Assembly (NCBI GenBank): GCA_045536565.1
Contig: JAZSNU010000013.1
Coordinates: 32,001-96,000, forward strand
DNA length: 64,000 nucleotides
Direction of reading: 5' to 3'
Source of the DNA: Clostridia bacterium
GTDB lineage: Bacteria; Bacillota; Clostridia; TANB77; CAG-465
Below the pieces are notes generated by a model. The model had not been told where the DNA came from and ran no database searches. It saw only the letters and a list, made by a program, of their open reading frames with translations. Shown here piece after piece: positions 9,785-20,972 of this stretch. Made by a program: the position numbers and the translations under genes. The first letter of the stretch is position 1, and each line of letters opens with the position of its first letter.

Positions 9785-12152
9785 TTACTGAATGTTTAAC
9801 CCTGTCCCTTTCTTCTGCTCTCTTACCATTATTGAATCTATCAACAGTTCCAACAAGGTAACCTGTTATTCTTCTAATTCTTTCAAAGCCAACTCCATCT
9901 GCCTCTGTTCTTCCGCAACCTGGACACTGATCGCCTATTACTCCTGTAAATCCACAAACCGGATCTCTATCTACTGGATGGTTAATTGCTCCATAACCAA
10001 TTCCTGCTTCTTTCATAAGTCTTACAACTTTTTCAAATGCGTCTACATTATTTGTTGTATCACCATCAAGCTCAATATATGAAATATGTCCTGCATTAGT
10101 TAGTGCATGATAAGGAGCTTCTAATTTTATTTTTCTTGCAACAGATATGTTATGATATACTGGTACATGGAAAGAGTTTGTATAATATTCTCTATCTGTT
10201 ATACCTTTTAATTTACCATATATTGCTTTATCTATATTAGTAAATCTTCCTGATAACCCTTCTGCTGGTGTAGCAATTACTGAGAAATTAAGATTATATT
10301 TTTCAGCATATTCATCTGCTTTTTGTCTCATGAAACCAACTATTTTAAGTCCTAATTCTTGTGCTTCTGCACTCTCACCATGGTGTTTACCAATTAAAGC
10401 TTTTAAGCATTCAGCAAGTCCTATAAATCCAACTGTTAAAGTACCATGTTTGTATACTTTTCTTAATCTGTCACCTGGTTTTAATGACTCACTATTTAAC
10501 CATACGCCTTGTCCAAGTAAGAATGGGAAGTTATATACTCTCTTGTTACATTGAACTTCAAATCTTTCTAATAATTGATCTTTTACAAGTTCTAGTTTTT
10601 CTTCAAGCTCTGCAAAGAAACCATCTAAATCAGCTTGTCCATTTAAAGCCATACCATGTTTAATACCTATTCTTGGAAGATTAATAGATGTAAATGATAA
10701 GTTACCTCTTCCTGCTGTTACTGCTTTATTTGGAACTACAACATTTCCAAGTACTCTTGTTCTACATCCCATGTATGCAACTTCTGTATTATAGTCTTCT
10801 GGGTTATAATATTGAAGGTTGTATGGTGAATCTATAAATGAGAAGTTAGGGAATAATCTTTTTGCAGATACTTCACATGCAAGTCTAAACAAGTCATAGT
10901 TTTTATCTTCTTTATTATAGTTTACCCCTTCTTTTACTTTAAATATTGATATAGGGAATATAGGAGTTTCATTTTTACCAAGCCCTGAATCAGTTGCTTT
11001 TAAATAGTTTTTTATAACCATTCTACCTTCTGGTGAAGTATCAGTACCAAAGTTTACTGATGAGAATGGAACTTGTGCTCCTGCTCTTGAATGCATTGTA
11101 TTTAAATTATGAATAAATGCTTCCATCGCTTGATAAGTTATTCTATCTGTTTTTTGAATAGCCTTTGTATATGACATATTAAATAGTCTTTTTAACTCTT
11201 CTGACTCTTTATAGAAAGGTTCAAAAACTTCTTCTACATCTATTTCAATACTATTTATTCTGTCTATTTCCTTTGCAACTTTGTCCATATTAACAAAGTA
11301 TTTAAAATCTGTTAAATCTAAATAATCATATATAGTTTGTTTTAATTGTTTTTTGAATGTAATTAAAACGCCAGGAGCCATATAATAATCAAAAGCTGGT
11401 ACAGATTGTCCACCATGTTGGTCGTTTTGGTTAGACTGAATTGCTATTGCAGCAAGTGCTGTATATGACATTATATCTTTTGGCTCTCTTAAATGACCAT
11501 GTCCTGTTGAAAAACCATTTTTAAATAATTTATTTAAATCTAATTGACAACATGTAGTTGTTCCCATTGGCATAAAGTCCATATCATGAATATGAATTTC
11601 TCCACTATCATGAGCATCTGCAAATTTTCTTTTCATCAAATATGATTTAGCAAATTCTTTTGATACAGTACTTCCATATTGAAGCATTGTTCCCATAGCA
11701 GTATCACCATCAACATTTGCATTTTCACGCTTTGCATCTTCTTCGTTTGCAGATTTTAAACCTAACCCTTCTAATGCTTTTAAAAACTTATGTTGTTTTT
11801 TCTCATCAAAGAAAACTTTTCTTGATTGAGTTCTTCTTTCTCTATAACTTGAAAAAGATTCATATACATCTTCATAACTTTTTTCTTTTAATTCTTCTTC
11901 TATCATATCTTGAATTTCTTCAATTTTTACTTTTTCTTTTTCTTTATTTAATTGCTCTAATCTATCTATTACTGCTTGATATACTTTATGAACATCTTTT
12001 TCAGTATACTTAGCATTTTCTTCATCCTCTGTTTTAATGCTATCAAATCCCTTTTTAATAGCTAGTGCAATTTTCGCACCATTAAATTCAACCTTTTTTC
12101 CATCTCTTTTTACAACTAATAGTTTAATGTTGTTTTCTTGTAAATCTGACAT
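9774..12152 (-). CDS. nrdD: Anaerobic (class III) ribonucleoside-triphosphate reductase with ATP cone
   Basis: VVKRDG ATP cone, IHIHD, TTTCC, MGCRT, ATPAEGL, YYTNSFH, glycyl-radical motif RITGYL. Confidence 0.97.
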   Translation of the reverse strand: MSDLQENNIKLLVVKRDGKKVEFNGAKIALAIKKGFDSIKTEDEENAKYTEKDVHKVYQAVIDRLEQLNKEKEKVKIEEIQDMIEEELKEKSYEDVYESFSSYRERRTQSRKVFFDEKKQHKFLKALEGLGLKSANEEDAKRENANVDGDTAMGTMLQYGSTVSKEFAKSYLMKRKFADAHDSGEIHIHDMDFMPMGTTTCCQLDLNKLFKNGFSTGHGHLREPKDIMSYTALAAIAIQSNQNDQHGGQSVPAFDYYMAPGVLITFKKQLKQTIYDYLDLTDFKYFVNMDKVAKEIDRINSIEIDVEEVFEPFYKESEELKRLFNMSYTKAIQKTDRITYQAMEAFIHNLNTMHSRAGAQVPFSSVNFGTDTSPEGRMVIKNYLKATDSGLGKNETPIFPISIFKVKEGVNYNKEDKNYDLFRLACEVSAKRLFPNFSFIDSPYNLQYYNPEDYNTEVAYMGCRTRVLGNVVVPNKAVTAGRGNLSFTSINLPRIGIKHGMALNGQADLDGFFAELEEKLELVKDQLLERFEVQCNKRVYNFPFLLGQGVWLNSESLKPGDRLRKVYKHGTLTVGFIGLAECLKALIGKHHGESAEAQELGLKIVGFMRQKADEYAEKYNLNFSVIATPAEGLSGRFTNIDKAIYGKLKGITDREYYTNSFHVPVYHNISVARKIKLEAPYHALTNAGHISYIELDGDTTNNVDAFEKVVRLMKEAGIGYGAINHPVDRDPVCGFTGVIGDQCPGCGRTEADGVGFERIRRITGYLVGTVDRFNNGKRAEERDRVKHSVNED

Positions 12153-12521
12153 ATTTCATACCCCCTCATAAGATACTTATATATTACACCAACAAAAAGA
12201 TTTTTTCAAGTGTTTTTTTGTTAAATTTAAATTACCTCGTTATGTAATTTAAAGTGTTTTTTATTCAATTTTCCATTTTGCATTTTCGACACTTTTCATA
12301 GTAATGCCAATGGTTTGATGGAATTTTACATTTTAAACTTTTTTATAAAAAAATATAGTTTTTTAAAAAAGTATTTTTCTATTTTTTCACATTTTTTGGA
12401 ATTTTTTCAAAAAATTATGTAGTTAAAAAACGATATAAATTTCATGTATACTTATTAATTTTAAAGTTACAGAATTATTACATTATTAATACTATATTTA
12501 ACAGAAAAAGATAGCAAAAGA

Positions 12522-12553
12522 AAAAGCATGTCTATTAATCTAGACATGCTTTT
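12522..12553 (-). terminator. Terminator after tRNA
   Basis: AAAAGCATGTCTA-ttaatc-TAGACATGCTTTT hairpin directly 3' of the tRNA. Confidence 0.7.
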
Positions 12554-12558
12554 TTAAT

Positions 12559-12634
<76 letters not shown>

Positions 12635-12757
12635 AAATTTAACGCTTAATTATTATACCAAATTTTTTTGTATTTGTAAACATTTCACATAATTTTTTTA
12701 TTAATCTCTATCACAATTTATTTTTTTATGCTATACTTATCTAAATGAGGTGACAAA

Positions 12758-13342
12758 ATGAATAAAGAAAAACTTAATATTCCGCTTATCATTATAATTG
12801 TTACTATAATTGTATTAATTATATTTATATCTATATTTATTAAATACATATCAATTAAGTCAGAAGAAAGCAACCAAAATGTAAATAATAATAGTGAAAT
12901 AAAATATACCATATCTGAGGGGAACAACACAGTTATACCCGTCGATGAAAATTCCTCTATTAGAGTTATAACAGAATATGACGAAAATATGTTTAAAGGT
13001 CATAAATCATTAGTATTTTTTTGGGCATCTTGGTGTTCTCATTGTCAAGAGGAATACGATGTATTAAAAACCGCTATTTCTGAATATAAAAATAGAGGTT
13101 ATGAAATATTTGTTATCTCACACGATTACAAGATTGATGAACTTAGCGATTTTATGAAACAAAATGATTTTGATTACGAAGTATATTTTGATGAAACTAG
13201 AATAATTAGAAAAAATATAAATCCTGAAGCATCTTCTGTTCCACTTACTTATATCTTGGACGAGAATGCTAAGTTAATAGACTTTCATGATGGTGCTATA
13301 ACATTAGAAGAATTAAACGATTTAATAAATAGAAACATGTAG
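12758..13342 (+). CDS. Membrane-anchored TlpA/ResA-like thiol-disulfide oxidoreductase
   Basis: N-terminal TM helix; FWASWCSHC thioredoxin motif; cis-Pro loop SVPLTYILD. Confidence 0.85.
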   Translation: MNKEKLNIPLIIIIVTIIVLIIFISIFIKYISIKSEESNQNVNNNSEIKYTISEGNNTVIPVDENSSIRVITEYDENMFKGHKSLVFFWASWCSHCQEEYDVLKTAISEYKNRGYEIFVISHDYKIDELSDFMKQNDFDYEVYFDETRIIRKNINPEASSVPLTYILDENAKLIDFHDGAITLEELNDLINRNM

Positions 13343-13398
13343 CAAAACATCCTAGAAATTAATCTAGGATGTTTATCATTTTTTCATATTAATATTCA

Positions 13399-14412
13399 CT
13401 ATTTCTGCTTTGATTTACCATCTATCTTATTACTTATTATTTTTAAATTCTCTAAATATTCCTTTTCTACGGGACTTATTGTTTTTACTTGATATTTTTT
13501 ATACTCAGATTTAGCTTTTTCTATTGCTTTGTTGTGACTTACAGCACCAGCACCAACCAACAATTTTTCTCCTGTACTAGAAAGGATCGTATCTAACTGT
13601 GTAATATAATCATCCATATACATTGGTTTGTGTCTAATTGCTTATATTTCAGCAAAATCAAAATATCCAGATACTAAATTATTTAAAATTTTTAATTCCT
13701 CGTCGTCTAAATAATTCTTTGCAATTACGACATCACTCATAACAGGAATTTCACCCCTAAAATTGGTCAATCCCATAAATGGTTTATCTGAATCTGCTCT
13801 TTCATAAATAACCTCCGATGCCGTATGTCCATGTGCGGCAAAATGAAGTTTATTTTGAACAATTTTGAAAAATCGAATTGATTTACTATCCTTAGGATTA
13901 TAGTCAAGCGGTTGCATACAAATCAAGAACTTGCCTATATAATACTTTTTCAGATGACCTTATATCTTTAATTCTAGCAAGTAACTCTTTCCAATAATTA
14001 CCTCCGCTATTTCCTTTAAGTCTTTCATCATCCATAGTAAAGCCCTTAATCATATATTCTTTTAATCTTTCTGTTGCCCATTTTCTAAAATTAGTGGCAA
14101 CCTTAGATTTTATTCTATATCCTAAAGAAATAATCATATCTAGGTTGTAATATTTAACTTTTCTTTCAACGCTTCTATTTCCTTCTTTTTGAACTGTCAA
14201 GAATTCCTTGACAGTTGAATTCTCTATTAATTCTTCTTCATCAAAGATGTTTTTAATATGCAAGCTTATATTTTGTTTAGTCGTATCTATAACTCTGCCA
14301 TTTGTTGCTGAGATAACCATACAGTATCTTTTTCTATTTTTACATGTATTTTAGTTAATCCATCATCTGTTTGATATATAACAATATCACTATTTATCTT
14401 CTTTTCTTCCAA
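13399..14412 (-). pseudogene. RhuM-family (virulence RhuM-like) pseudogene
   Basis: TTG start at 14412 after AGGAGG gives IVIYQTDDG...TVWLSQQQMAEL, then a frameshift (~14290). Continues YYNLDMIISLGYR...IRSSEK, second frameshift (~13905), premature TAA at 13642, then the MYMDDY... tail. Confidence 0.85.
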
Positions 14413-14440
14413 TAAATAATACCTCCTAATTATTGTATTT

Positions 14441-14481
14441 AGAAGGATGTCAACATTATATTTATCTGTTTACATCCTTCT
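14441..14481 (-). terminator. Terminator after secA
   Basis: AGAAGGATGT...ACATCCTTCT inverted repeat. Confidence 0.55.
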
Positions 14482-14487
14482 CTTATT

Positions 14488-17256
14488 TTATTCTTCACTA
14501 TTTTTCCCACAACAGAACTTGTATTTTTTTCCACTTCCACATGTGCAAGGCTCATTTTTACCAACTTTTTTAGCTACTTTAACTGGCTGTTTTTTTACTG
14601 TTTCGTTACCTCCATATGCTGATACATTTTGTTTTTCATAATTTGCATTTATTTTTACTTCTTTATTTGGCACATTTGCTCTATCAAAATTTACAGTAAA
14701 TACTGCTCTTAAAACATCTTCCTTAATAGCTTCATTCATTTCTTCAAACAAATCAAAACCTTCTATTTTATATGCATCTACTGGATTGTTTTGACCATAT
14801 GATCTTAAATGAATTCCATCTTTTAAATGTGTCATATCATCTATATGATTCATCCATTTTTCATCTACTGTTTTAAGCATAATGAATTTTTCTATTTTTC
14901 TATATGCATCTATTGCACCTTTTTGTTTAAATTCTTTTATTCTTTCGTTATATATACTCTTAACTCTTTCTGATATTGTTACAAATATATTGTCTAAATC
15001 TAGCTTTTCTACATCTTCTTTTGCAATTAAGTCATGTCTTCCAAACAAATTATATAATGCAAGTTCAAATGATTCTAAATCTATTTCTTCTGCATTTCTT
15101 ACATGTCCAATGTATTCGTAAACAAATTGATTTATTTTAGAGTTAAGTATTTTCATAATTGATTCTTCAACTGAATCGTTATCTAAGATTTGTCTTCTTT
15201 GGTTATATATAACATCTCTTTGTTTATTCATTACATCGTCATATTCAAGCACACTTTTTCTTATGCTATAATTTCTGCCTTCAACTCTTTTTTGAGCATT
15301 TTTTATAAGAGGAGTTAACATACCAAATTCTATTGGCATATCCTCCGGAAATTGCATAGAATCAGCAAGTGTAGAAACTGTATCCCCACCGAAAAGTTTC
15401 ATCAAATCATCTTCTAAGGATATATAGAATTTACTTTCTCCTGGGTCACCTTGTCTTCCTGCTCTACCCCTTAATTGGTTGTCAATTCTTCTTGACTCAT
15501 GTCTTTCGCTACCTATAATTTTTAATCCGCCAACTTCTACAACTTTTTTCTTATCCTCTTCTATTTCTTTCTTAAACTCTGCTTCTAGTTCTTTGTATTC
15601 TTTTCTTATTGCTAATAATTCTGCATCATCAGTATTTGCAAAACCTGATGCAAATTCTATTTTATCCTGATCTATACCTTTTGCTAATAGTTTCCTTTTT
15701 GCTAAAAATTCTGCATTTCCTCCAAGTAATATATCAGTACCTCTACCTGCCATATTTGTAGCAATTGTTACTGTTTTATATTTACCTGCTTGTGCAACAA
15801 TTTCTGCCTCTTTATCATGGAATTTAGCATTTAATACTTTATGTGGTATTTTTGCTTTTTCCAAAAGTTTGCTTAATATTTCTGATTTTTCTATTGATAC
15901 TGTACCTACCAGAACAGGTTGCCCTTTTTCGTAACTTTCTTTTACATCTTCAACTATTGCATTAAATTTACCTTTTTCGGTTTTGTATACAACATCATTT
16001 TTATCTATTCTTATAGTTTCTCTATTAGTTGGTATTTCTACTACATCTAGTCCATATATACCTTTAAATTCTACCTCTTCTGTTTTTGCTGTACCTGTCA
16101 TACCAGAAAGTTTTGAATATAATCTAAAATAATTTTGAAATGTAATAGTAGCTAAGGTTTTAGATTCTCTTGCAATTTTAACACCTTCTTTTGCTTCAAT
16201 AGCTTGGTGAAGTCCATCGCTATATCTTCTTCCTTCCATTATGCGTCCAGTAAATTCATCAACTATTAATATTTCTCCATCTTTTTCTATGTAATCAATA
16301 TCTCTTTTCATTATGCCATGAGCCTTTAATGCCTGATTTATATGATGAGATATTTCCATATTTGACATATCCGATAATTCTTCTATACCAAAATATTTCT
16401 CACATTTTTCTGTTCCTCTTTCAGTTAAAGAAACACTTTTTGCTTTCAAATCTATTACGTAATCATAGTTTTCGTTGCCCGCATCAAACTCTTTATCGTT
16501 ACTTTCTACTATAATTCTTGGAGTAAGTTTTCTAACTAATTTATCAGTTTTTTCATATAAATCAGTTGATTTGTCTCCCATACCAGATATTATTAAAGGA
16601 GTACGAGCTTCATCTATTAATATACTATCTATTTCGTCTACTATTGCATAGTTAAGCTGCCTTTGAACCATGTCTGATTTTGACATACACATATTATCTC
16701 TTAGATAATCAAATCCAAGTTCATTATTTGTAGCATATATAACATCACTCTCATATGCTTTTTTCTTATCCCTAGGCTGCATTCCAGGTACAACAAGTCC
16801 CACAGTTAGCCCTAAGAATTTATATACTTTTCCCATCCATACACTATCACGAGATGCTAAGTAATCATTAACAGTTACTACATGTACACCTTTTCCAGTA
16901 AGTGCATTTAAATATACAGGAAGTGTTGCAACTAATGTTTTACCTTCACCAGTTTTCATTTCAACAATTCTTCCTTGATGTAATATTATTCCACCTATTA
17001 ATTGAACTCTAAAATGTTTCATATTAAGTACACGAAAAGATGCTTCTCTTACAACAGCAAATGCTTCAACAAGCAAATCTTCCAATGTTTCTCCATTTTT
17101 ATATCTTGTTTTAAATTCTTCTGTTTTTGCTCTTAACTCATCATCAGATAATTTTTGCATATCTTCATCTAATGCTTCTATTTTATCTACAAGCGGTAAT
17201 ATTTTCTTTATTTCCCTTTTACTATATGAGCCAAAAATTTTTTCCATTATTCCCAT
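14488..17256 (-). CDS. secA: Preprotein translocase ATPase SecA
   Basis: [51 protein letters not shown]-terminal SEC-C motif [13 protein letters not shown]. Confidence 0.98.
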   Translation of the reverse strand: MGIMEKIFGSYSKREIKKILPLVDKIEALDEDMQKLSDDELRAKTEEFKTRYKNGETLEDLLVEAFAVVREASFRVLNMKHFRVQLIGGIILHQGRIVEMKTGEGKTLVATLPVYLNALTGKGVHVVTVNDYLASRDSVWMGKVYKFLGLTVGLVVPGMQPRDKKKAYESDVIYATNNELGFDYLRDNMCMSKSDMVQRQLNYAIVDEIDSILIDEARTPLIISGMGDKSTDLYEKTDKLVRKLTPRIIVESNDKEFDAGNENYDYVIDLKAKSVSLTERGTEKCEKYFGIEELSDMSNMEISHHINQALKAHGIMKRDIDYIEKDGEILIVDEFTGRIMEGRRYSDGLHQAIEAKEGVKIARESKTLATITFQNYFRLYSKLSGMTGTAKTEEVEFKGIYGLDVVEIPTNRETIRIDKNDVVYKTEKGKFNAIVEDVKESYEKGQPVLVGTVSIEKSEILSKLLEKAKIPHKVLNAKFHDKEAEIVAQAGKYKTVTIATNMAGRGTDILLGGNAEFLAKRKLLAKGIDQDKIEFASGFANTDDAELLAIRKEYKELEAEFKKEIEEDKKKVVEVGGLKIIGSERHESRRIDNQLRGRAGRQGDPGESKFYISLEDDLMKLFGGDTVSTLADSMQFPEDMPIEFGMLTPLIKNAQKRVEGRNYSIRKSVLEYDDVMNKQRDVIYNQRRQILDNDSVEESIMKILNSKINQFVYEYIGHVRNAEEIDLESFELALYNLFGRHDLIAKEDVEKLDLDNIFVTISERVKSIYNERIKEFKQKGAIDAYRKIEKFIMLKTVDEKWMNHIDDMTHLKDGIHLRSYGQNNPVDAYKIEGFDLFEEMNEAIKEDVLRAVFTVNFDRANVPNKEVKINANYEKQNVSAYGGNETVKKQPVKVAKKVGKNEPCTCGSGKKYKFCCGKNSEE

Positions 17257-17374
17257 TTATATATTTACCTCCATTTTTGCTACAATTATATATAACAAAT
17301 ATTTTTGTAATTATATCACAAAAGATAATAAAAAAAAAGACCAATAATTATTTAATTACTAGTCTTTTTTAGGT

Positions 17375-18355
17375 TCAGTCAGGTGGCGTTACAATAAACA
17401 GCTCACCAAAATAACTTGCATCTTTTAAAGCTTCTACTCTTTTCTGAATATGGTTACCATATTTTCCAAGATACTCAGCATTATGTCCGGAAAACTCGAA
17501 TTTTTCTATCAGCGTATTTATTAACTCACTTGCATTTATAGTACCATATTTTATTTCCATTACAATCAAATCGGCATATGCTTTTGGAATCATAAGTGTT
17601 TCTGGATCGTCAGAATAAATTTGAGCAAACAGGTAATTATTTACTACTTTCTCAAATAAATTAAACGGCATATACATTCCTAAATTATCTAAGTATTGTT
17701 TTAATATCTTATTTATGTTCTTTTCTTCAAAAACAGTAAGTATTGATAATTCGTTGTATAATGAATATATCGTTTCTTCAAAAGCAATAAGTCCTGTTGT
17801 GTTAGATATGGTTGTTGGTACGCACTGCCAGTAATCTCTGCCGAAATAAAAATCGGATAACTTAGCAGATGTACTTGGAAATCTCTCGCAAATGCTTAAA
17901 TCCTTATCGAGTTCCATTAAAAGATTTTTTGTCTCTTTAAAATATTCGTTTCCTCTTGGTATTTTCCGTTTAGACTTTGCGATTATCTTTTTAAGTCTAT
18001 TAATATGAAGATTATAATTAGCATGAGCCATCTCTATAACTTCTAATGCTTTATTATTTTTTATTAAATTTATAAATTCTTCATAGGTTAATGTACATTC
18101 TTTGTTCTTCAAATACAGTTCAATAACATAATATACATTACATACCGCATTGTATACCCACTCTGGTTTTATATTTCCACCTGTTTTGCTAACGGCATAA
18201 TCCATTGCTGGAAAAGATAAGTTGTTTTCAAGAGTCAATTCATCACAAATTCCCATTTCTTCTGCAAGCGAAAATAAAGTTAAAACAAGTTTACCTTCTT
18301 CTATATTTTTTGTTTTTTCTTTTAATATATCTTCTCTGGAAATTATTCCATTCAT
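17375..18355 (-). CDS. Hypothetical protein (possible DUF6179-like)
   Basis: Start moved to ATG 18355 behind AGGAGG, since the ORF-track start lies in the promoter. The C-terminal half loosely recalls DUF6179 (unverified). Confidence 0.6.
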   Translation of the reverse strand: MNGIISREDILKEKTKNIEEGKLVLTLFSLAEEMGICDELTLENNLSFPAMDYAVSKTGGNIKPEWVYNAVCNVYYVIELYLKNKECTLTYEEFINLIKNNKALEVIEMAHANYNLHINRLKKIIAKSKRKIPRGNEYFKETKNLLMELDKDLSICERFPSTSAKLSDFYFGRDYWQCVPTTISNTTGLIAFEETIYSLYNELSILTVFEEKNINKILKQYLDNLGMYMPFNLFEKVVNNYLFAQIYSDDPETLMIPKAYADLIVMEIKYGTINASELINTLIEKFEFSGHNAEYLGKYGNHIQKRVEALKDASYFGELFIVTPPD

Positions 18356-18416
18356 TATGATACCTCCTATAATAAAATTATTTATATAAATATATAGTGT
18401 ACAAATATACAATAGT

Positions 18417-18445
18417 ATTATAACATATATTACATTTTTTGTCAA
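18417..18445 (-). promoter_or_regulatory. Consensus sigma-A promoter
   Basis: TTGACA-17 bp-TATAAT with TGn extension on the - strand. Confidence 0.8.
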
Positions 18446-18472
18446 TTATGTATATAAATTATGTATACTTTA

Positions 18473-18501
18473 TTGACATTTTTGCCTAACAATGGTATAA
18501 T
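18473..18501 (+). promoter_or_regulatory. Consensus sigma-A promoter
   Basis: TTGACA-17 bp-TATAAT with TGn extension. Confidence 0.8.
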
Positions 18502-18572
18502 AGTATTGTATTAAATAGTTAATATATCTTGATATTGCAAGGTATAAATATATATTATAATTATGAAGGAGG

Positions 18573-19103
18573 ATGTTCTATATGAACACAAAAAATTTAA
18601 CTAATGAGGTAACTATTGCTGACAGCCAAAAGGCTATTCTTTCTTTACGCACATACGGACTAGCTCCTGAAAAGTGCGAAAAGATTTTAGCAGAAGAATG
18701 TGTAATTGCATCTGAAATCTTAACACCACAGTTTGCTATTTCCCCATCTCTTATAGAGATGTTTGGTGAACAGTTTATCTCAGATTCAATGTCATATGCT
18801 TATTTGTTTATGGAAGAGTATGGTTTGGAATGGTGTGATTATGAGCTTATCTTAAAAACACTATTAAAAGTATTTAGACCAGAAGATGTAATGTTTAGCC
18901 CTGAAAGAATACGAATGTTTATTAAAAACATTCGTAGAAAGGTATATTACAAGATTGCATCTGGTGATATGGATACATTCCATTCAGGATTAGTTGCAGC
19001 AATTGAAGAAATCGGAGATTTTGAAGACATCAAAGAGTTAAGTGAAGACCTTGACATTTTTGATGATATGGCTCCGGTGGATGAAGAAATTGAAGAAGAC
19101 TAA
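18573..19103 (+). CDS. Hypothetical acidic protein
   Basis: 176-aa ORF, AAGGAGG RBS (likely start 18581/18582 region), own promoter and terminator. Confidence 0.7.
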   Translation: MFYMNTKNLTNEVTIADSQKAILSLRTYGLAPEKCEKILAEECVIASEILTPQFAISPSLIEMFGEQFISDSMSYAYLFMEEYGLEWCDYELILKTLLKVFRPEDVMFSPERIRMFIKNIRRKVYYKIASGDMDTFHSGLVAAIEEIGDFEDIKELSEDLDIFDDMAPVDEEIEED

Positions 19104-19108
19104 ACTTC

Positions 19109-19143
19109 AAGCTAGCCCCTTAATTTTTGGGGCTAGTTTTTTT
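19109..19143 (+). terminator. Rho-independent terminator
   Basis: GCTAGCCCC...GGGGCTAGT followed by a T-tract. Confidence 0.75.
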
Positions 19144-19200
19144 GCATATATTACCTACTTGTGAATATGATTTAGTAAAGATTATTTTATGAGGTGATTT

Positions 19201-19695
19201 ATGTTTGTCTTTAATGTAAAAGTTAATATAAAAAAAATAATGATTATACTTGGTGTTATTGCAGTATTAATTGCTATTTTCATAGAACTAGACTTGTTTA
19301 GTTCAAATACTAAAAATATTGAAATATATGAGGATAAATTTGATTATGTTATTACAGAACAAAATTTCACCAATATGTTAAAAACAATTCACGATAACAT
19401 TGATAAAAACATAGGTAAAACTGTAAAAATTTCAGGATTTGTATTTACTATGCCAGATTTTAAGGATAATTATTTTGTATGTGGAAGAAATATGATTCTA
19501 TCCGGAAATGAAAAAGTAGTTGGTTTTTTGTGTGATTATGAAAAGGCATATAATCTATTAGAATCAGAATGGGTAGAAGTTACGGGAGTTATAGAAAAAG
19601 GATTTTATCATACCGATATGCCAATCATTAAAGTAGAAACTCTGAATAAAATTACTGCACCAGAAAATACTTTTGTAAATCCTCCTTCTAACTAA
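19201..19695 (+). CDS. Membrane-anchored OB-fold protein (DUF1980/YcgQ C-terminal-like)
   Basis: GKTVKISGFV...WVEVTGVI...PII.V..L.KI..P pattern; N-terminal TM. Confidence 0.6.
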   Translation: MFVFNVKVNIKKIMIILGVIAVLIAIFIELDLFSSNTKNIEIYEDKFDYVITEQNFTNMLKTIHDNIDKNIGKTVKISGFVFTMPDFKDNYFVCGRNMILSGNEKVVGFLCDYEKAYNLLESEWVEVTGVIEKGFYHTDMPIIKVETLNKITAPENTFVNPPSN

Positions 19696-19742
19696 TAAAT
19701 ATATAGCAGCAGTTAAATAAATTAGCTGCTGCATTATTAATT

Positions 19743-20837
19743 TTATACTTTTGTGTTTTTATCTTCTTTTGTATATACAATTAAATTTTTCAAATATCCA
19801 TATTCAAAAAGTTGTGAGAAAACATTTTTAAATATAACCATAACAACTGGACCAATTATCAATCCAAATAAACCAAATATTTTAAACGCAATATACATAG
19901 ATATTAAAGTTAAAAATGGATGTACACCTAAATTATTACTTACTATCCTTGGTTCTACAAGCTGTCTTACAACTAATATAACAATATATGTAATTATTAA
20001 ACCTATACCCAAAGACATATTCCCTACTATCGCAGAATATATTGCCCATGGGATTAATACTCCCCCTACACCAAGTATTGGTAAAGCATCTATTAATGCT
20101 ATTACAAACGCAAGTGTAAACGGATATTGTTGTCTTAGTATTAAGAAAGCAATTAATAGTTCTACAAATGTTATACATATCATAACAAATTGTGCTTTTA
20201 AATATTGTGATAATGACACTATTGTTGCTTTTAAAATATTAGAAATCTTCCTTACAAATCTTTTCGGAAACATATCATGCACATACATTGATAGTTTTCT
20301 TCTATCAGTTACTAAAAATAACGTAGCTAAGATTGTTATTACCGTGTATATAAGTATATTTGGTATAAACATTATAAAGTTTAATGCAGAATTGAAAATT
20401 TTAGTTATATATTTTGATAAAGTACCCAAAAATTCAATTCCTATCTCATATATTTTATTTGATACAGAATCCGGTATGTTATTCATTGCGCTCACGTATT
20501 TTTCATATATAACCTCATATTTTTCTTTTATATAATCAAATATTATAGGTAAATCAACTGCAATTGAAACAGCCTCTTTAACAAGTCTTGATACAAGTAA
20601 ATATACTAAAAAACCAACTAATGCATATACAAATAGAACTAATACAGTACCAACAATCTTTCTTGATATTTTTGTTCTCTTTACTATATACTCAACTATT
20701 TTTTCTAATATTATAGCAACAGCAACTGCTATAAGGAAAGGCCAAAAGAAAACAGCAAGTGCTAAACTAAGTAATACTAAACCAGATATTGCAACCAGAC
20801 CTAATACTTTTAATATTGTTTTTTTATAATCTATCAT
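19743..20837 (-). CDS. ytvI: Sporulation integral membrane protein (AI-2E family)
   Basis: DALPILG.G..LIPW, VRQLVEPRIV..NLGVHP..TL, GLIIGP. Confidence 0.88.
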   Translation of the reverse strand: MIDYKKTILKVLGLVAISGLVLLSLALAVFFWPFLIAVAVAIILEKIVEYIVKRTKISRKIVGTVLVLFVYALVGFLVYLLVSRLVKEAVSIAVDLPIIFDYIKEKYEVIYEKYVSAMNNIPDSVSNKIYEIGIEFLGTLSKYITKIFNSALNFIMFIPNILIYTVITILATLFLVTDRRKLSMYVHDMFPKRFVRKISNILKATIVSLSQYLKAQFVMICITFVELLIAFLILRQQYPFTLAFVIALIDALPILGVGGVLIPWAIYSAIVGNMSLGIGLIITYIVILVVRQLVEPRIVSNNLGVHPFLTLISMYIAFKIFGLFGLIIGPVVMVIFKNVFSQLFEYGYLKNLIVYTKEDKNTKV

Positions 20838-20972
20838 TATTTCTCCCTTTCATGCATTTATATTATGCCAATTATATCACATGAAAATACACAATACAAA
20901 AATATTACATTTTTGTATAAAAAATACCAGAAAAAAAGATTTCAGATATCTCTATCCGAAATCTTTTTATTT

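Noticed and set aside
12153-12520. NrdR boxes or ncRNA in the long nrdD upstream region
   Set aside because: Only weak partial matches in very AT-rich DNA; no convincing tandem palindromes or structure.
17375-18445. ORF-track start at 18445 (and similar long starts at 7338, 35302, 45233)
   Set aside because: These extensions overlap promoters or lack an RBS; downstream ATGs with Shine-Dalgarno sequences were used instead.
19753-20535. 260-aa plus-strand ORF
   Set aside because: Entirely antisense to ytvI with no RBS or motif; typical shadow of a hydrophobic gene.
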